Source: Bacteroidia bacterium (GTDB lineage: Bacteria > Bacteroidota > Bacteroidia > Bacteroidales > VadinHA17). From it: a stretch of 64,000 bases of DNA. The position numbers and the translations under genes are program-made. The notes under the pieces were generated by a model, which worked only from the letters and a program-made list of their open reading frames with translations, made no database searches and was not told the origin of the DNA. Position 1 is the first letter of the stretch, and each line of letters starts with the position of its first letter. This document shows, piece after piece, positions 1 to 8,682 of the stretch. The stretch lies in the NCBI GenBank assembly GCA_026391475.1, contig JAPLED010000129.1, positions 95,902 through 159,901 of the forward strand. The letters run 5' to 3'.

Positions 1-473
1 TCCGTCCCATCCAGATAATACTCGGAAAGGTGATACCCTACTTTATACTTTCTTTTATCAATGTCCTTCTTATCCTTGCATTATCGTGGTTCGTATTCGG
101 GCTCCCTGTGAAAGGAAGCATTATACTCCTGCTTGCTGAATGTATGCTTTATATTTTAATGAGCTTAACCCTTGGGATTTTAATCTCAACTGTATCGAAG
201 AACATGCAGCAAGCGATCTTTATCTCGCTTATAGGACTGATGTTGCCGACCATTCTGCTATCGGGGTTTATCTTCCCGATTGAAAACATGCCAAAAGTTT
301 ATGATTATGTAAGTATGATATTGCCACCAAGGTACTTTATAGTAATAATTAAAAACATTATGATAAAGGGGACAGGGTTGATATATATATGGAAAGAGAC
401 ACTTATCCTGATAGTTATGACACTGTTTTTTATCGGGTTGAGTGTGCGGAAGTTTAAAATAAGACTGGAATAA
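1..473 (+). CDS. ABC-2 type transporter permease, C-terminal part (5' end upstream of window)
   Basis: Frame of ORF 30..473 stays open to the window edge. Polytopic hydrophobic sequence typical of YbhS/YbhR-type permeases. A paralogous permease gene follows. Confidence 0.7.
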   Translation, partial: RPIQIILGKVIPYFILSFINVLLILALSWFVFGLPVKGSIILLLAECMLYILMSLTLGILISTVSKNMQQAIFISLIGLMLPTILLSGFIFPIENMPKVYDYVSMILPPRYFIVIIKNIMIKGTGLIYIWKETLILIVMTLFFIGLSVRKFKIRLE

Positions 474-478
474 ATTAA

Positions 479-541
479 GGCAAAAGTAAAAAGGCAAAAG
501 GCAAAAGTGAAAAATAAAAAGTGAAAAGACAAAAGTAAGGA
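479..541. repeat. array of nine contiguous 7-nt units, pattern GNNAAAA
   Basis: Read directly: ggcaaaa gtaaaaa ggcaaaa ggcaaaa gtgaaaa ataaaaa gtgaaaa gacaaaa gtaagga. Confidence 0.85.
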
Positions 542-557
542 CAATCAATAAGAAAAG

Positions 558-660
558 CCCCAGAGGGGTGAAATATTTGTAGAAAAGGGATCCCTATCAA
601 TTTTTGCGCCGGAGCAGAGAACCTGAATATGGGAAGTGTTAGATCCCGGCGCAATACGAT
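558..660. repeat. GC-rich hairpin-rich intergenic insert (possible miniature non-autonomous element)
   Basis: 9-bp stem ttgcgccgg (604-612) / ccggcgcaa (646-654), GGGATCCC palindrome (587-594), cccc-aga-gggg hairpin (558-568). Flanked by two copies of the heptad array plus gene-start sequence. Confidence 0.5.
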
Positions 661-664
661 AAAA

Positions 665-692
665 GGCAAAAGTAAAAAGGTAAAAGTAATAA
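665..692. repeat. second, shorter GNNAAAA heptad array abutting the start codon at 694
   Basis: ggcaaaa gtaaaaa ggtaaaa gtaataa. Direct copy of the beginning of the 479-541 array. Confidence 0.8.
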
Positions 693-693
693 G

Positions 694-1778
694 ATGAGGA
701 CAATATTATACCTGATAAGAAAAGAATTTATTCAGATATTCCGGAATAAATTTATTTCAAAAGCAATTTTTGCTGTCCCGATTGTTCAGATGCTGATACT
801 GGTCCCGGCAATAACGATAGAGATATGACCTCTGAATCGAGAGGGCTGATAAGCAAGCTTGAAGGTTCTACATTTTTCAAAATATCTTTTTCGACATTTT
901 CCGAAGATGATGCAAACAACCTGCTTCATCGCAATAAATGCAGTGTAATACTTCAGATTCCGTCAGGCTTTGGTAAGGATATCGGAAACGGGAAGCCCGG
1001 TAAACTTCTGGCTACAATTGATGCAATAAACGCTTCAACTGCGCAGCTTTCATGGGCTTATCTCAATGGAGTTATACGCGATTACAATATGGATCTTATC
1101 ACTGAAAACATCAGCACTAATCCTTTGGTTCCTGTTCCGCAGATTCAGATCACCAACAGATACTGGTATAATGAGTTGCTAAACTATAAATATTACATGC
1201 TTCCGGGTATACTTGTGATACTTGTTACAGCGATAGGGTTCCTGCTTGCAGGATTAAATATGGTCAGAGAAAAGGAGATAGGGACTATTGAGCAGATAAA
1301 CGTTACCCCGGTCAGAAAATATCATTTCATAATTGCCAAGATGGTACCGTTTCTGTTAATCGGACTGATAGATCTTGCCATTGGGTTAGTGATCGGCAAA
1401 CTGGCTTTTAACATCCCTTTTGAAGGAAGTATCTTACTTATGTTTTTTGGTGCATCACTTTTTCTGATCGCCGTACTCGGATTGGCTCTTTTCATTTCAA
1501 CATTTTCAGGAACACAGCAGCAATACATGTTTATCGCTTTCTTCTGCATGATAATCTTTATCCTGATGAGCGGAATCTTCACCCCTTATGAGAGTATGCC
1601 AGTGTGGGCCCAGGACTTCAACCTGATCAATCCTGTTGCCTACCTGATGCGGATAAACAGGATGGTAATGCTGAAAGGATCTACAATTCATGATATCAGC
1701 AGGGAGCTGTATTCTCTGGCAGTAATTGCAATTTGTTTTTCAGCACTTGCAGTAAGACGTTACCGGAAAACAGCTTAA
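694..1778 (+). pseudogene. ABC-2 type transporter permease, reading frame broken after codon 44
   Basis: ATG at 694 encodes MRTILYLIRKEFIQIFRNKF...PAITIEI, then TGA at 826-828. The rest of the protein (ORF 825..1778, ...DRDMTSESRGLISKLEGS...) is in another frame. The two frames overlap on the same nucleotides (gatagagat, 816-824). Confidence 0.7.
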
Positions 1779-2647
1779 TTATCCTTTATTAATATTGTAG
1801 ACTTTACAGGCCAATGGTCGGAGATGAAAATCCCTTTTTCCTTTTTAATTACAGTGCTGTGATCCAATACTTTCATGCCGTCCCTGACGAAAATATAATC
1901 AATTCTTCCCGTACCCGGCTTATCAGAAAAACCATTGAATGTATAAGTGGGACCTAGTGGTCTTTTTTGAGAAATAACATAGGAATCCTTTAATAATGGA
2001 ACGCTCTCATCAGGTCCTGTTAATATCGCATAACCTTTGCTGGAAGGCTGCATGTTGAAATCGCCGGTAATTATGAACGGGGATCCGTCTGATATCTTAT
2101 CAACCTCTTTCAGGAGTATTTTTGAACTCATTATCCTTGCAGAATCGGAATCGTGTGCAAAATGTGTATTAAAATAAAAAAAATGCTCATGGCTGTTCTT
2201 CTCTACAAGTTCCATCCAGGTTACAATACGCGGAAGTGAAGCTCCCCAGCCCCTCGATCCCGGGACCTCAGGTGTGTCGGAGAGCCAGAAAGTTATTGTT
2301 CTTACCATATCAAACCTCTCCTTTCTGAAAAACACCGGATTCATCTCTCCTGCCCTTGCCCCATCATCACGACCTACTCCGGTTGATGAATAATCTGTCA
2401 GAACAGAATCAAGAACCTCATACTGGCGCCATAAAACTTCCTGCATACCAAGAATATCGGGCTTCTCTTTTGAAATGAAATTACAAACCTGCGATGCCCT
2501 GTTGGGCCAGGCATTAATACTGTCTCCCGGGTTATCATACCTGACATTTAATGTCATAATTTTAATTGCATCTTTTTCTGACTCATGTGAACAACCTGTA
2601 TGAACAAAAAAAAATATGACGATAATATAGATAAGCAGCTTTTGCAT
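1775..2647 (-). CDS. endonuclease/exonuclease/phosphatase (EEP) family protein, secreted or lipoprotein
   Basis: 290 aa. Signal peptide with Cys (FVHTGCS). EEP-type motifs MTLNVR, ITGDFN, SDHWP. Confidence 0.75.
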   Translation of the reverse strand: MQKLLIYIIVIFFFVHTGCSHESEKDAIKIMTLNVRYDNPGDSINAWPNRASQVCNFISKEKPDILGMQEVLWRQYEVLDSVLTDYSSTGVGRDDGARAGEMNPVFFRKERFDMVRTITFWLSDTPEVPGSRGWGASLPRIVTWMELVEKNSHEHFFYFNTHFAHDSDSARIMSSKILLKEVDKISDGSPFIITGDFNMQPSSKGYAILTGPDESVPLLKDSYVISQKRPLGPTYTFNGFSDKPGTGRIDYIFVRDGMKVLDHSTVIKKEKGIFISDHWPVKSTILIKDN

Positions 2648-2753
2648 TATACCTTAATTTTTATCAAATATACTCATCTGAATTTTAATAATCATCATAG
2701 TCCTGATATTGCAAGGCACAATTGATTCAGAAAGGCCATGTACCAATTATTTA

Positions 2754-2761
2754 TATATTTG
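2754..2761 (+). promoter_or_regulatory. Bacteroidota -7 promoter box TAnnTTTG upstream of mutL
   Basis: tatatttg, 18 nt upstream of the ATG at 2779. Confidence 0.45.
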
Positions 2762-2778
2762 TGCAATAAATCCATCTG

Positions 2779-4587
2779 ATGCCTGATGTAATAAAGCTCT
2801 TGCCCGATTCGGTAGCCAACCAGATTGCTGCAGGAGAAGTTATTCAAAGGCCGGCTTCTGTGGTAAAAGAACTGATGGAAAATTCTGTTGATGCCGGGGG
2901 AAAAAACATAAGGGTAATTATTAAAGACTCCGGCAAGACATTAATCCAGGTAATTGATGATGGAGCCGGCATGTCTGAGACCGATGCAAGACTGTCATTT
3001 GAGAGACATGCCACATCAAAGATCACAACAGCCCAGGATCTTTTTGCCATTACAACAAAAGGCTTCAGGGGAGAAGCATTAGCTTCTATTGCCGCTGTCG
3101 CTATGGTTGAGCTTAAAACACGCAGGGAAGAGAGCGATACCGGAATACTTGTAGTAATAAATGGTTCAAAAGTTGAAACACAGGAGCCCTGTAGCTGTCC
3201 GGTGGGTTCAAGCTTTTCGGTTAAAAACCTTTTTTTTAATATCCCTGCACGACGTAAATTTCTTAAATCGGATAATACCGAAATCAGACATATAGTAAAT
3301 GAATTTCAGAAGATAGTAATAGCTCATCCCGATATCAGGTTTTCGCTTCATCACAACGATAGTGAGATTTACAACCTTGTGGCAGGCAACTTAAGACAAC
3401 GTATAATCGGTGTATTCGGAAAACAGATCAACCAGGATCTCATTACTCTCGAGACAGAGACGAGCCTTATCAACATAAAAGGATTTATCGGGAAACCCGA
3501 GAATGCACGAAGAACATACGGTGAACAGTTCTTCTTTGTGAATAACCGCTTTATGAAACACCCCTATTTCCATAAGGCAGTTGTTGAAGCTTACCATAAT
3601 ATTCTTCCAGTTGAAGCTATACCCTCATATTTCATTTTCATGGAGGCTGATCCGGCCTCGATTGATATAAATATTCATCCTACAAAAACCGAGATCAAGT
3701 TTGAGGACGAAAGATCAATATGGCAGATACTTATGGCATCTGTGCGGGAAGCTCTTGGCCGGTTCAATATTGTTCCGTCACTCGATTTTGAAAATGAAGC
3801 GCTGATAGACATCCCTGTAAGGAGTTCCTCGAACCACATACCCGAACCACCTAAGATTGAGATCAATACACAGTATAATCCTTTTGAAGGCGAAGAGCGG
3901 ATGCCTGAAAGGTCCGGATTCATTGAGCGGTTTGAAAGAGAAAACACTGCAAACTGGGAAAAACTCTATTCAACACTTGAAAAAGAAAATGATAATCCGG
4001 AACAATTTGAAAAGATAAGGGAGTCACAAAGGAAGTTCTTCCAGATAAAAAATAAATATATTGTCTGCCCTGTCAAATCGGGTCTCATGCTTATTGATCA
4101 GAAAAGGGCTCACGAAAGAGTCCTGTACGAGAGGTTCCTAGAATGTCTCAGTAATAACCGAGCTGTAAGTCAGGTCGATATGTTCCCTGTAACTGCAGAA
4201 TTAAATCCTGCCGATTACTATATTCTAAAAGAAATCGAAGGAGAACTGGAGTTGCTTGGGTTCAGCATTCAGCATTCCGGCAAAAATATAATTACAATCA
4301 ACGGACGGCCCTCCGGCAGTGACTCTTCCACCCCTCTTGAGATGCTTGAGATTTTAATCGAGGACTATAAAAATACCCAGGCCGATCCTTCAACAGGAGC
4401 TAAAGAAAAAGTTGCATCTGCCATGGCAGGAGCATCAGCTATTCTCTATGGAAAGGTATTGAGTCAGAGCGAAATGGCCGATCTTTTCGATACCCTTTTC
4501 GCATGCCAGTCACCAAACTATTCTCCAAAGGGGAAGCCTGTGATATGCATTATTACACTTGAAGAAATTGATAAAAGATTTAAATAG
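2779..4587 (+). CDS. mutL: DNA mismatch repair protein MutL (endonuclease-type)
   Basis: 602 aa. GHKL ATPase motifs (ANQIAAGEVI, DDGAGM). C-terminal DQKRAHERVLYE matches the MutL endonuclease motif DQHA(x)2E(x)4E. Confidence 0.93.
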   Translation: MPDVIKLLPDSVANQIAAGEVIQRPASVVKELMENSVDAGGKNIRVIIKDSGKTLIQVIDDGAGMSETDARLSFERHATSKITTAQDLFAITTKGFRGEALASIAAVAMVELKTRREESDTGILVVINGSKVETQEPCSCPVGSSFSVKNLFFNIPARRKFLKSDNTEIRHIVNEFQKIVIAHPDIRFSLHHNDSEIYNLVAGNLRQRIIGVFGKQINQDLITLETETSLINIKGFIGKPENARRTYGEQFFFVNNRFMKHPYFHKAVVEAYHNILPVEAIPSYFIFMEADPASIDINIHPTKTEIKFEDERSIWQILMASVREALGRFNIVPSLDFENEALIDIPVRSSSNHIPEPPKIEINTQYNPFEGEERMPERSGFIERFERENTANWEKLYSTLEKENDNPEQFEKIRESQRKFFQIKNKYIVCPVKSGLMLIDQKRAHERVLYERFLECLSNNRAVSQVDMFPVTAELNPADYYILKEIEGELELLGFSIQHSGKNIITINGRPSGSDSSTPLEMLEILIEDYKNTQADPSTGAKEKVASAMAGASAILYGKVLSQSEMADLFDTLFACQSPNYSPKGKPVICIITLEEIDKRFK

Positions 4588-4622
4588 AATGTAGTGATAA
4601 AAACTGTTTTAAAAACATATAG

Positions 4623-5366
4623 ATGAACGGATTCGGCAGAGGCTTTTTCGGGTTACCCCCGATTGTGAAGAATATCATTATGATCAATGTATTAATGCTT
4701 TTAGCTTATTTTGCAGCACAGAGCGTTTGGGGAATTGATCTCAATAGTATACTGGGACTTTATTTCCCAAAATCAGAACAGTTCATGCCTGTGCAGATAG
4801 TCACCCACATGTTTATGCATGGCGGTTTTTGGCATCTGTTCTTCAATATGTATGCTCTGTATATATTCGGGCAGGTACTTGAAAATGTATGGGGCCCGAA
4901 ACGATTTTTCATTTTTTACATTGTTTGCGGACTTGGTGCAGCCTTTACACATGAATCGGTTCTTGCATTCCAATACAACCATTTAGCACAAGCCCTCAGT
5001 CCTGAAAACCTGCAGCTTGTACTTAATGAAGGAACAACATATTTCAAAAAGGGACAAGGATTCATTGACCCAGCTATGCAAAGTCTTCAGATATTTCTCA
5101 ATACTCCCACAGTTGGAGCTTCCGGAGCAATATTTGGCGTTCTGCTTGCTTTCGGAGTACTTTTCCCGAACACTCAGCTTATGCTCCTAATTCCGCCGAT
5201 ACCAATCAGGGCCAAATATTTTGTGATGATCTATGGCGCAATTGAGCTTTTTCTTGCTGTGACACAATCAGGAGGCAATATTGCACATGCCGCCCACCTG
5301 GGAGGTATGTTATTCGGCTATCTGCTGATCAGGTACTGGAGAAAAACTACTAACACTTTGTATTAA
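4623..5366 (+). CDS. rhomboid family intramembrane serine protease
   Basis: 247 aa polytopic. GASGAIFG serine motif and AHLGG histidine motif. Confidence 0.85.
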   Translation: MNGFGRGFFGLPPIVKNIIMINVLMLLAYFAAQSVWGIDLNSILGLYFPKSEQFMPVQIVTHMFMHGGFWHLFFNMYALYIFGQVLENVWGPKRFFIFYIVCGLGAAFTHESVLAFQYNHLAQALSPENLQLVLNEGTTYFKKGQGFIDPAMQSLQIFLNTPTVGASGAIFGVLLAFGVLFPNTQLMLLIPPIPIRAKYFVMIYGAIELFLAVTQSGGNIAHAAHLGGMLFGYLLIRYWRKTTNTLY

Positions 5367-6253
5367 TGGGAATCTGGGACGACATAAAGAAAACTTTCAG
5401 GAATGGAAGTAATCTTACCAGGCTTATGTATATCAATATTGCTGTATTCATTCTGATTAATATTGTAGCCCTTATCAGCTTCCTGCTTAATAACCCGGAA
5501 GTTTCCGTGAAAGCTCTTAATCTTTTTTCCGTTCCATCTTCATTTAAAATTTTGCTTGTAAGACCCTGGACAATAATCACATACATGTTCGTACATAAAG
5601 ATATCTGGCATATCCTATTCAATATATTATGGTTGTACTGGTTTGGCAGGATCTTCCTTGAATATCTTGATCAGAGAAAGCTTGTGGCAGTATATCTTCT
5701 CGGGGGGATAAGCGGTGCTATTGTTTACATTCTCTCATTTAATGTTTTCCCGGCATTTACAGGTGTCGTCGCCGAATCAGTTGCAATCGGAGCTTCAGCA
5801 TCAGTTATGGCCGTTGTTATTGCGATTGCTGCCTATGTCCCGGACTATACCGTTCAACTCTTTTTATTTGGAAGGATTAAGATCAAGTACATGGCTCTGG
5901 CAATTTTTGTTCTGACTTCAATTATGGATTTTTCAATTAATTCCGGTGGAAAACTTGCCCATATCGGAGGAGCCTTCTTCGGATATTTTTATACCATTAA
6001 CTTAAGACAGGGTCGTGATATTGGCAAGGGATTCAACAGGGTAATTGATTTTTTTGTGACGCTTTTTAAACCACGGAAGAAACTCAAAGTCACCTACAAA
6101 AAGGCAGCTACTGAATATGAGTATAACAAGATCAAAACAGAGCACCAGACCAGGATAAACAGCATCCTGGATAAAATATCCAAGGGGGGATATGACAGCC
6201 TCACAAAGGAAGAAAAAGAGACCCTCTTCAAAGAAAGTCAGAAGAAAAATTAA
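5366..6253 (+). CDS. rhomboid family protein with charged C-terminal tail
   Basis: 295 aa. GASASVMA and AHIGGAFFG motifs. Its start overlaps the previous stop. Confidence 0.8.
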   Translation: MGIWDDIKKTFRNGSNLTRLMYINIAVFILINIVALISFLLNNPEVSVKALNLFSVPSSFKILLVRPWTIITYMFVHKDIWHILFNILWLYWFGRIFLEYLDQRKLVAVYLLGGISGAIVYILSFNVFPAFTGVVAESVAIGASASVMAVVIAIAAYVPDYTVQLFLFGRIKIKYMALAIFVLTSIMDFSINSGGKLAHIGGAFFGYFYTINLRQGRDIGKGFNRVIDFFVTLFKPRKKLKVTYKKAATEYEYNKIKTEHQTRINSILDKISKGGYDSLTKEEKETLFKESQKKN

Positions 6254-6359
6254 CCTTCAGATTTAGTATATTAATATAATCTTTGCATAAGATTGTAAAA
6301 TTTCATAATCACATTACCTTTTTTCTCCCAATTACTGGTAAATTCGTAATTACTAATTA

Positions 6360-7448
6360 TTGTATTTGAGAAAAGTCCTTTATAAAATTCTATTAGCTGT
6401 AAATGCATTTTTTGCTTTTGCACTACTGATGTCATATCTGGCGGTACATATCAATCCCGATGATTTTGCTCTTCCTGCCATTTTTGGCCTTGCCTATCCT
6501 TATCTTCTGTTAATCAACATCATATTTGCAATCATCTGGGCGATGTTATTAAAATTTGAGGCTCTGATATCTGTAGTTGTAATTGCCATTGGATTTACCC
6601 ATTTTTCGAATTATATAAAACTCATAAAGCCTGCCAGAGATAAAACAAATACATTTAAAGTCATAAGTTATAATGTTCGTCTGTTCAATTACTTTGAGAA
6701 TAAAAACAGCATCAGTTCCGAGAAAAAAATTCTTGAATTCCTTAAAGCTCAGAACCCGGATATTTTATGTCTGCAGGAGTTCTTTATATTGGGTAATCCT
6801 ACTCAGAAAGAGAGTGATGTCAAAACAGCACTCGGCGGTACGTATTATTCCCATATGAAAGTTCTGGGAAGCGGTAAAAACAGGTTCTATGGGATTGCAA
6901 CATTCAGCAGATATCCTATTATCAGGAAAGGAGAAATAATTCATCCCGGTTCTTCAAGTCTTTCAATTTATACTGATGTGCTGATTCAGAAAGACACTTT
7001 CAGGATCTATAACAACCATCTTCAATCCTTCAGACTTAAGAGGATGGAACGTTCATTCATAGAGGAGATGACAACTTCGGACAATAAAGAGACCATGGAT
7101 GATGTTAAAAGTTTATCAGTAAGTCTGAAAAAAGGATTTGTCAGGAGAGCCCAGCAGGCACAAGTTGTAAAGGATCATATTAACAAGTCGCCATTCCCGG
7201 TGATTGTTGCAGGGGATTTTAACGACACACCGGTATCCTATGTTTACAGAAAGATCCGTAAGGGGCTTAATGATTCTTTCGTCAATTCAGGATATGGTGC
7301 CGGATTTACATATAAAGGGAACTACCCTCCTAACAGGATCGACTACATACTGTATGATAAAGCTCTTATTAACAGCTATTTTGAAATAATAAGGGTCAAG
7401 TATTCCGATCACTATCCGATCGTTGCATATTTCAGGAAGAAGTATTAA
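6360..7448 (+). CDS. membrane-anchored endonuclease/exonuclease/phosphatase family protein
   Basis: 362 aa. N-terminal TM helices, then EEP motifs (ISYNVR, AGDFND, SDHYP). The ORF as given starts on TTG, so the start is uncertain. Confidence 0.75.
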   Translation: MYLRKVLYKILLAVNAFFAFALLMSYLAVHINPDDFALPAIFGLAYPYLLLINIIFAIIWAMLLKFEALISVVVIAIGFTHFSNYIKLIKPARDKTNTFKVISYNVRLFNYFENKNSISSEKKILEFLKAQNPDILCLQEFFILGNPTQKESDVKTALGGTYYSHMKVLGSGKNRFYGIATFSRYPIIRKGEIIHPGSSSLSIYTDVLIQKDTFRIYNNHLQSFRLKRMERSFIEEMTTSDNKETMDDVKSLSVSLKKGFVRRAQQAQVVKDHINKSPFPVIVAGDFNDTPVSYVYRKIRKGLNDSFVNSGYGAGFTYKGNYPPNRIDYILYDKALINSYFEIIRVKYSDHYPIVAYFRKKY

Positions 7449-8389
7449 AAAGGCAGTTTTCTGAAATCTACATTACCCCCTGAGATTATCAATCCTATTT
7501 TCTTACCCCTGAAAACATCAGGGTTTTCTTTTATAATTGCAAGTACAGTTGCTGATGATGGCTCAATAATAATTTTCATCCTTTCCCATACCAGAAGCAT
7601 GCAATCAATTATTGAGTCTTCTTTTGCAGTAAGAATCTTATCTACATTCCTCCTTATGATCGAAAAAGTGAGTTCACTGAGTGATGTGAGCAGTCCGTCG
7701 GCTACTGTTAACGGATTAACAGAAGGAGTCAGTTTCCCTGTGGTGAAGGATATGTATGCATCATTTGCATTAAGCGGTTCCGCACCAATCACCTGAATAC
7801 CTTTATTAATACCTTTTACACATGTTGAAGTGCCACTCATCAGCCCCCCGCCTCCGATTGGTGCAATAACAATCGCCAGATCACTTTTTTCCTGGAGCAG
7901 TTCCAATGCGGCAGTTCCCTGTCCGCAGATAACATTAAAATTGTCATAAGGATGGACAAGTGTTGCACCTGTTTTTTCCATTATCATCCGGGTTGTTTCT
8001 TCGCGGGCCTGTAAAGTGGGTTTGCAGAAAGTTATCTCAGCTCCATATCCGATAACAGCGTTCTTCTTTACAACAGGCGCATTATCGGGCATTACGATAT
8101 TTGCTTTAACTCCGTTCATCCTTGCTGCAAGGGCAAGTGCAGCCGCGTGATTACCTGATGAATGGGTAACAACGCCCTTGCTTTTCTCCTCGGCAGTCAG
8201 TGACAGAACAGCATTGGTAGCTCCCCTGAATTTAAATGCCCCTATTTTCTGAAAGTTCTCACATTTAAAGAACAGGTCACAGTCAAAAAGTCCATTTAAC
8301 TGTTGCGAACTCATTACCGGAGTCTGGTGAATGAATGGCTTTATCCTTGAGTGGGCGGCCTGAATATCGGCAAGTTCGGGTAGTCTCAT
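7445..8389 (-). CDS. PLP-dependent serine/threonine dehydratase family protein (serine racemase / threo-3-hydroxyaspartate ammonia-lyase-like)
   Basis: 314 aa. PLP-lysine motif GAFKFRGA, SSGNHAAALA, glycine loop PIGGGGL. Confidence 0.8.
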   Translation of the reverse strand: MRLPELADIQAAHSRIKPFIHQTPVMSSQQLNGLFDCDLFFKCENFQKIGAFKFRGATNAVLSLTAEEKSKGVVTHSSGNHAAALALAARMNGVKANIVMPDNAPVVKKNAVIGYGAEITFCKPTLQAREETTRMIMEKTGATLVHPYDNFNVICGQGTAALELLQEKSDLAIVIAPIGGGGLMSGTSTCVKGINKGIQVIGAEPLNANDAYISFTTGKLTPSVNPLTVADGLLTSLSELTFSIIRRNVDKILTAKEDSIIDCMLLVWERMKIIIEPSSATVLAIIKENPDVFRGKKIGLIISGGNVDFRKLPF

Positions 8390-8422
8390 TTCAAATGTTT
8401 TCTCAAAAATAGCAAATTATTT

Positions 8423-8478
8423 GCCTCTCCCCAACCCCCCGACAAGTCGGGGCAGGCTCTCCACCAAGAAAGAGGGGC
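8423..8478. repeat. GC-rich hairpin element in divergent intergenic region
   Basis: ccccga-caag-tcgggg hairpin (8437-8452). Flanking cctct (8424-8428) can pair with agagg (8471-8475). Sharp GC island in AT-rich spacer. Confidence 0.5.
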
Positions 8479-8682
8479 TAAAACAATGCCTGTCACAATC
8501 CGGCATATGTAAATCATGTAATTTTTCCTCGGAGTTATGTAACACATGAGCGGTGTATGGCGGTAAATTTGTACTGCAAGAGACTTTCCTTTAGTTTGCA
8601 CCCCAGAGCGCAATAGCAAGCAGGGGTATTGATTTTATTCTATCACCTGAGGATATGGCTCATGAAATTGTAAGAATTGCGA

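Noticed and set aside
479-692. Possibility that the short periodic repeats are a CRISPR array
   Set aside because: The units are 7 nt and contiguous with no spacers, there are no cas genes, and no 25-40 nt repeat occurs anywhere in the window.
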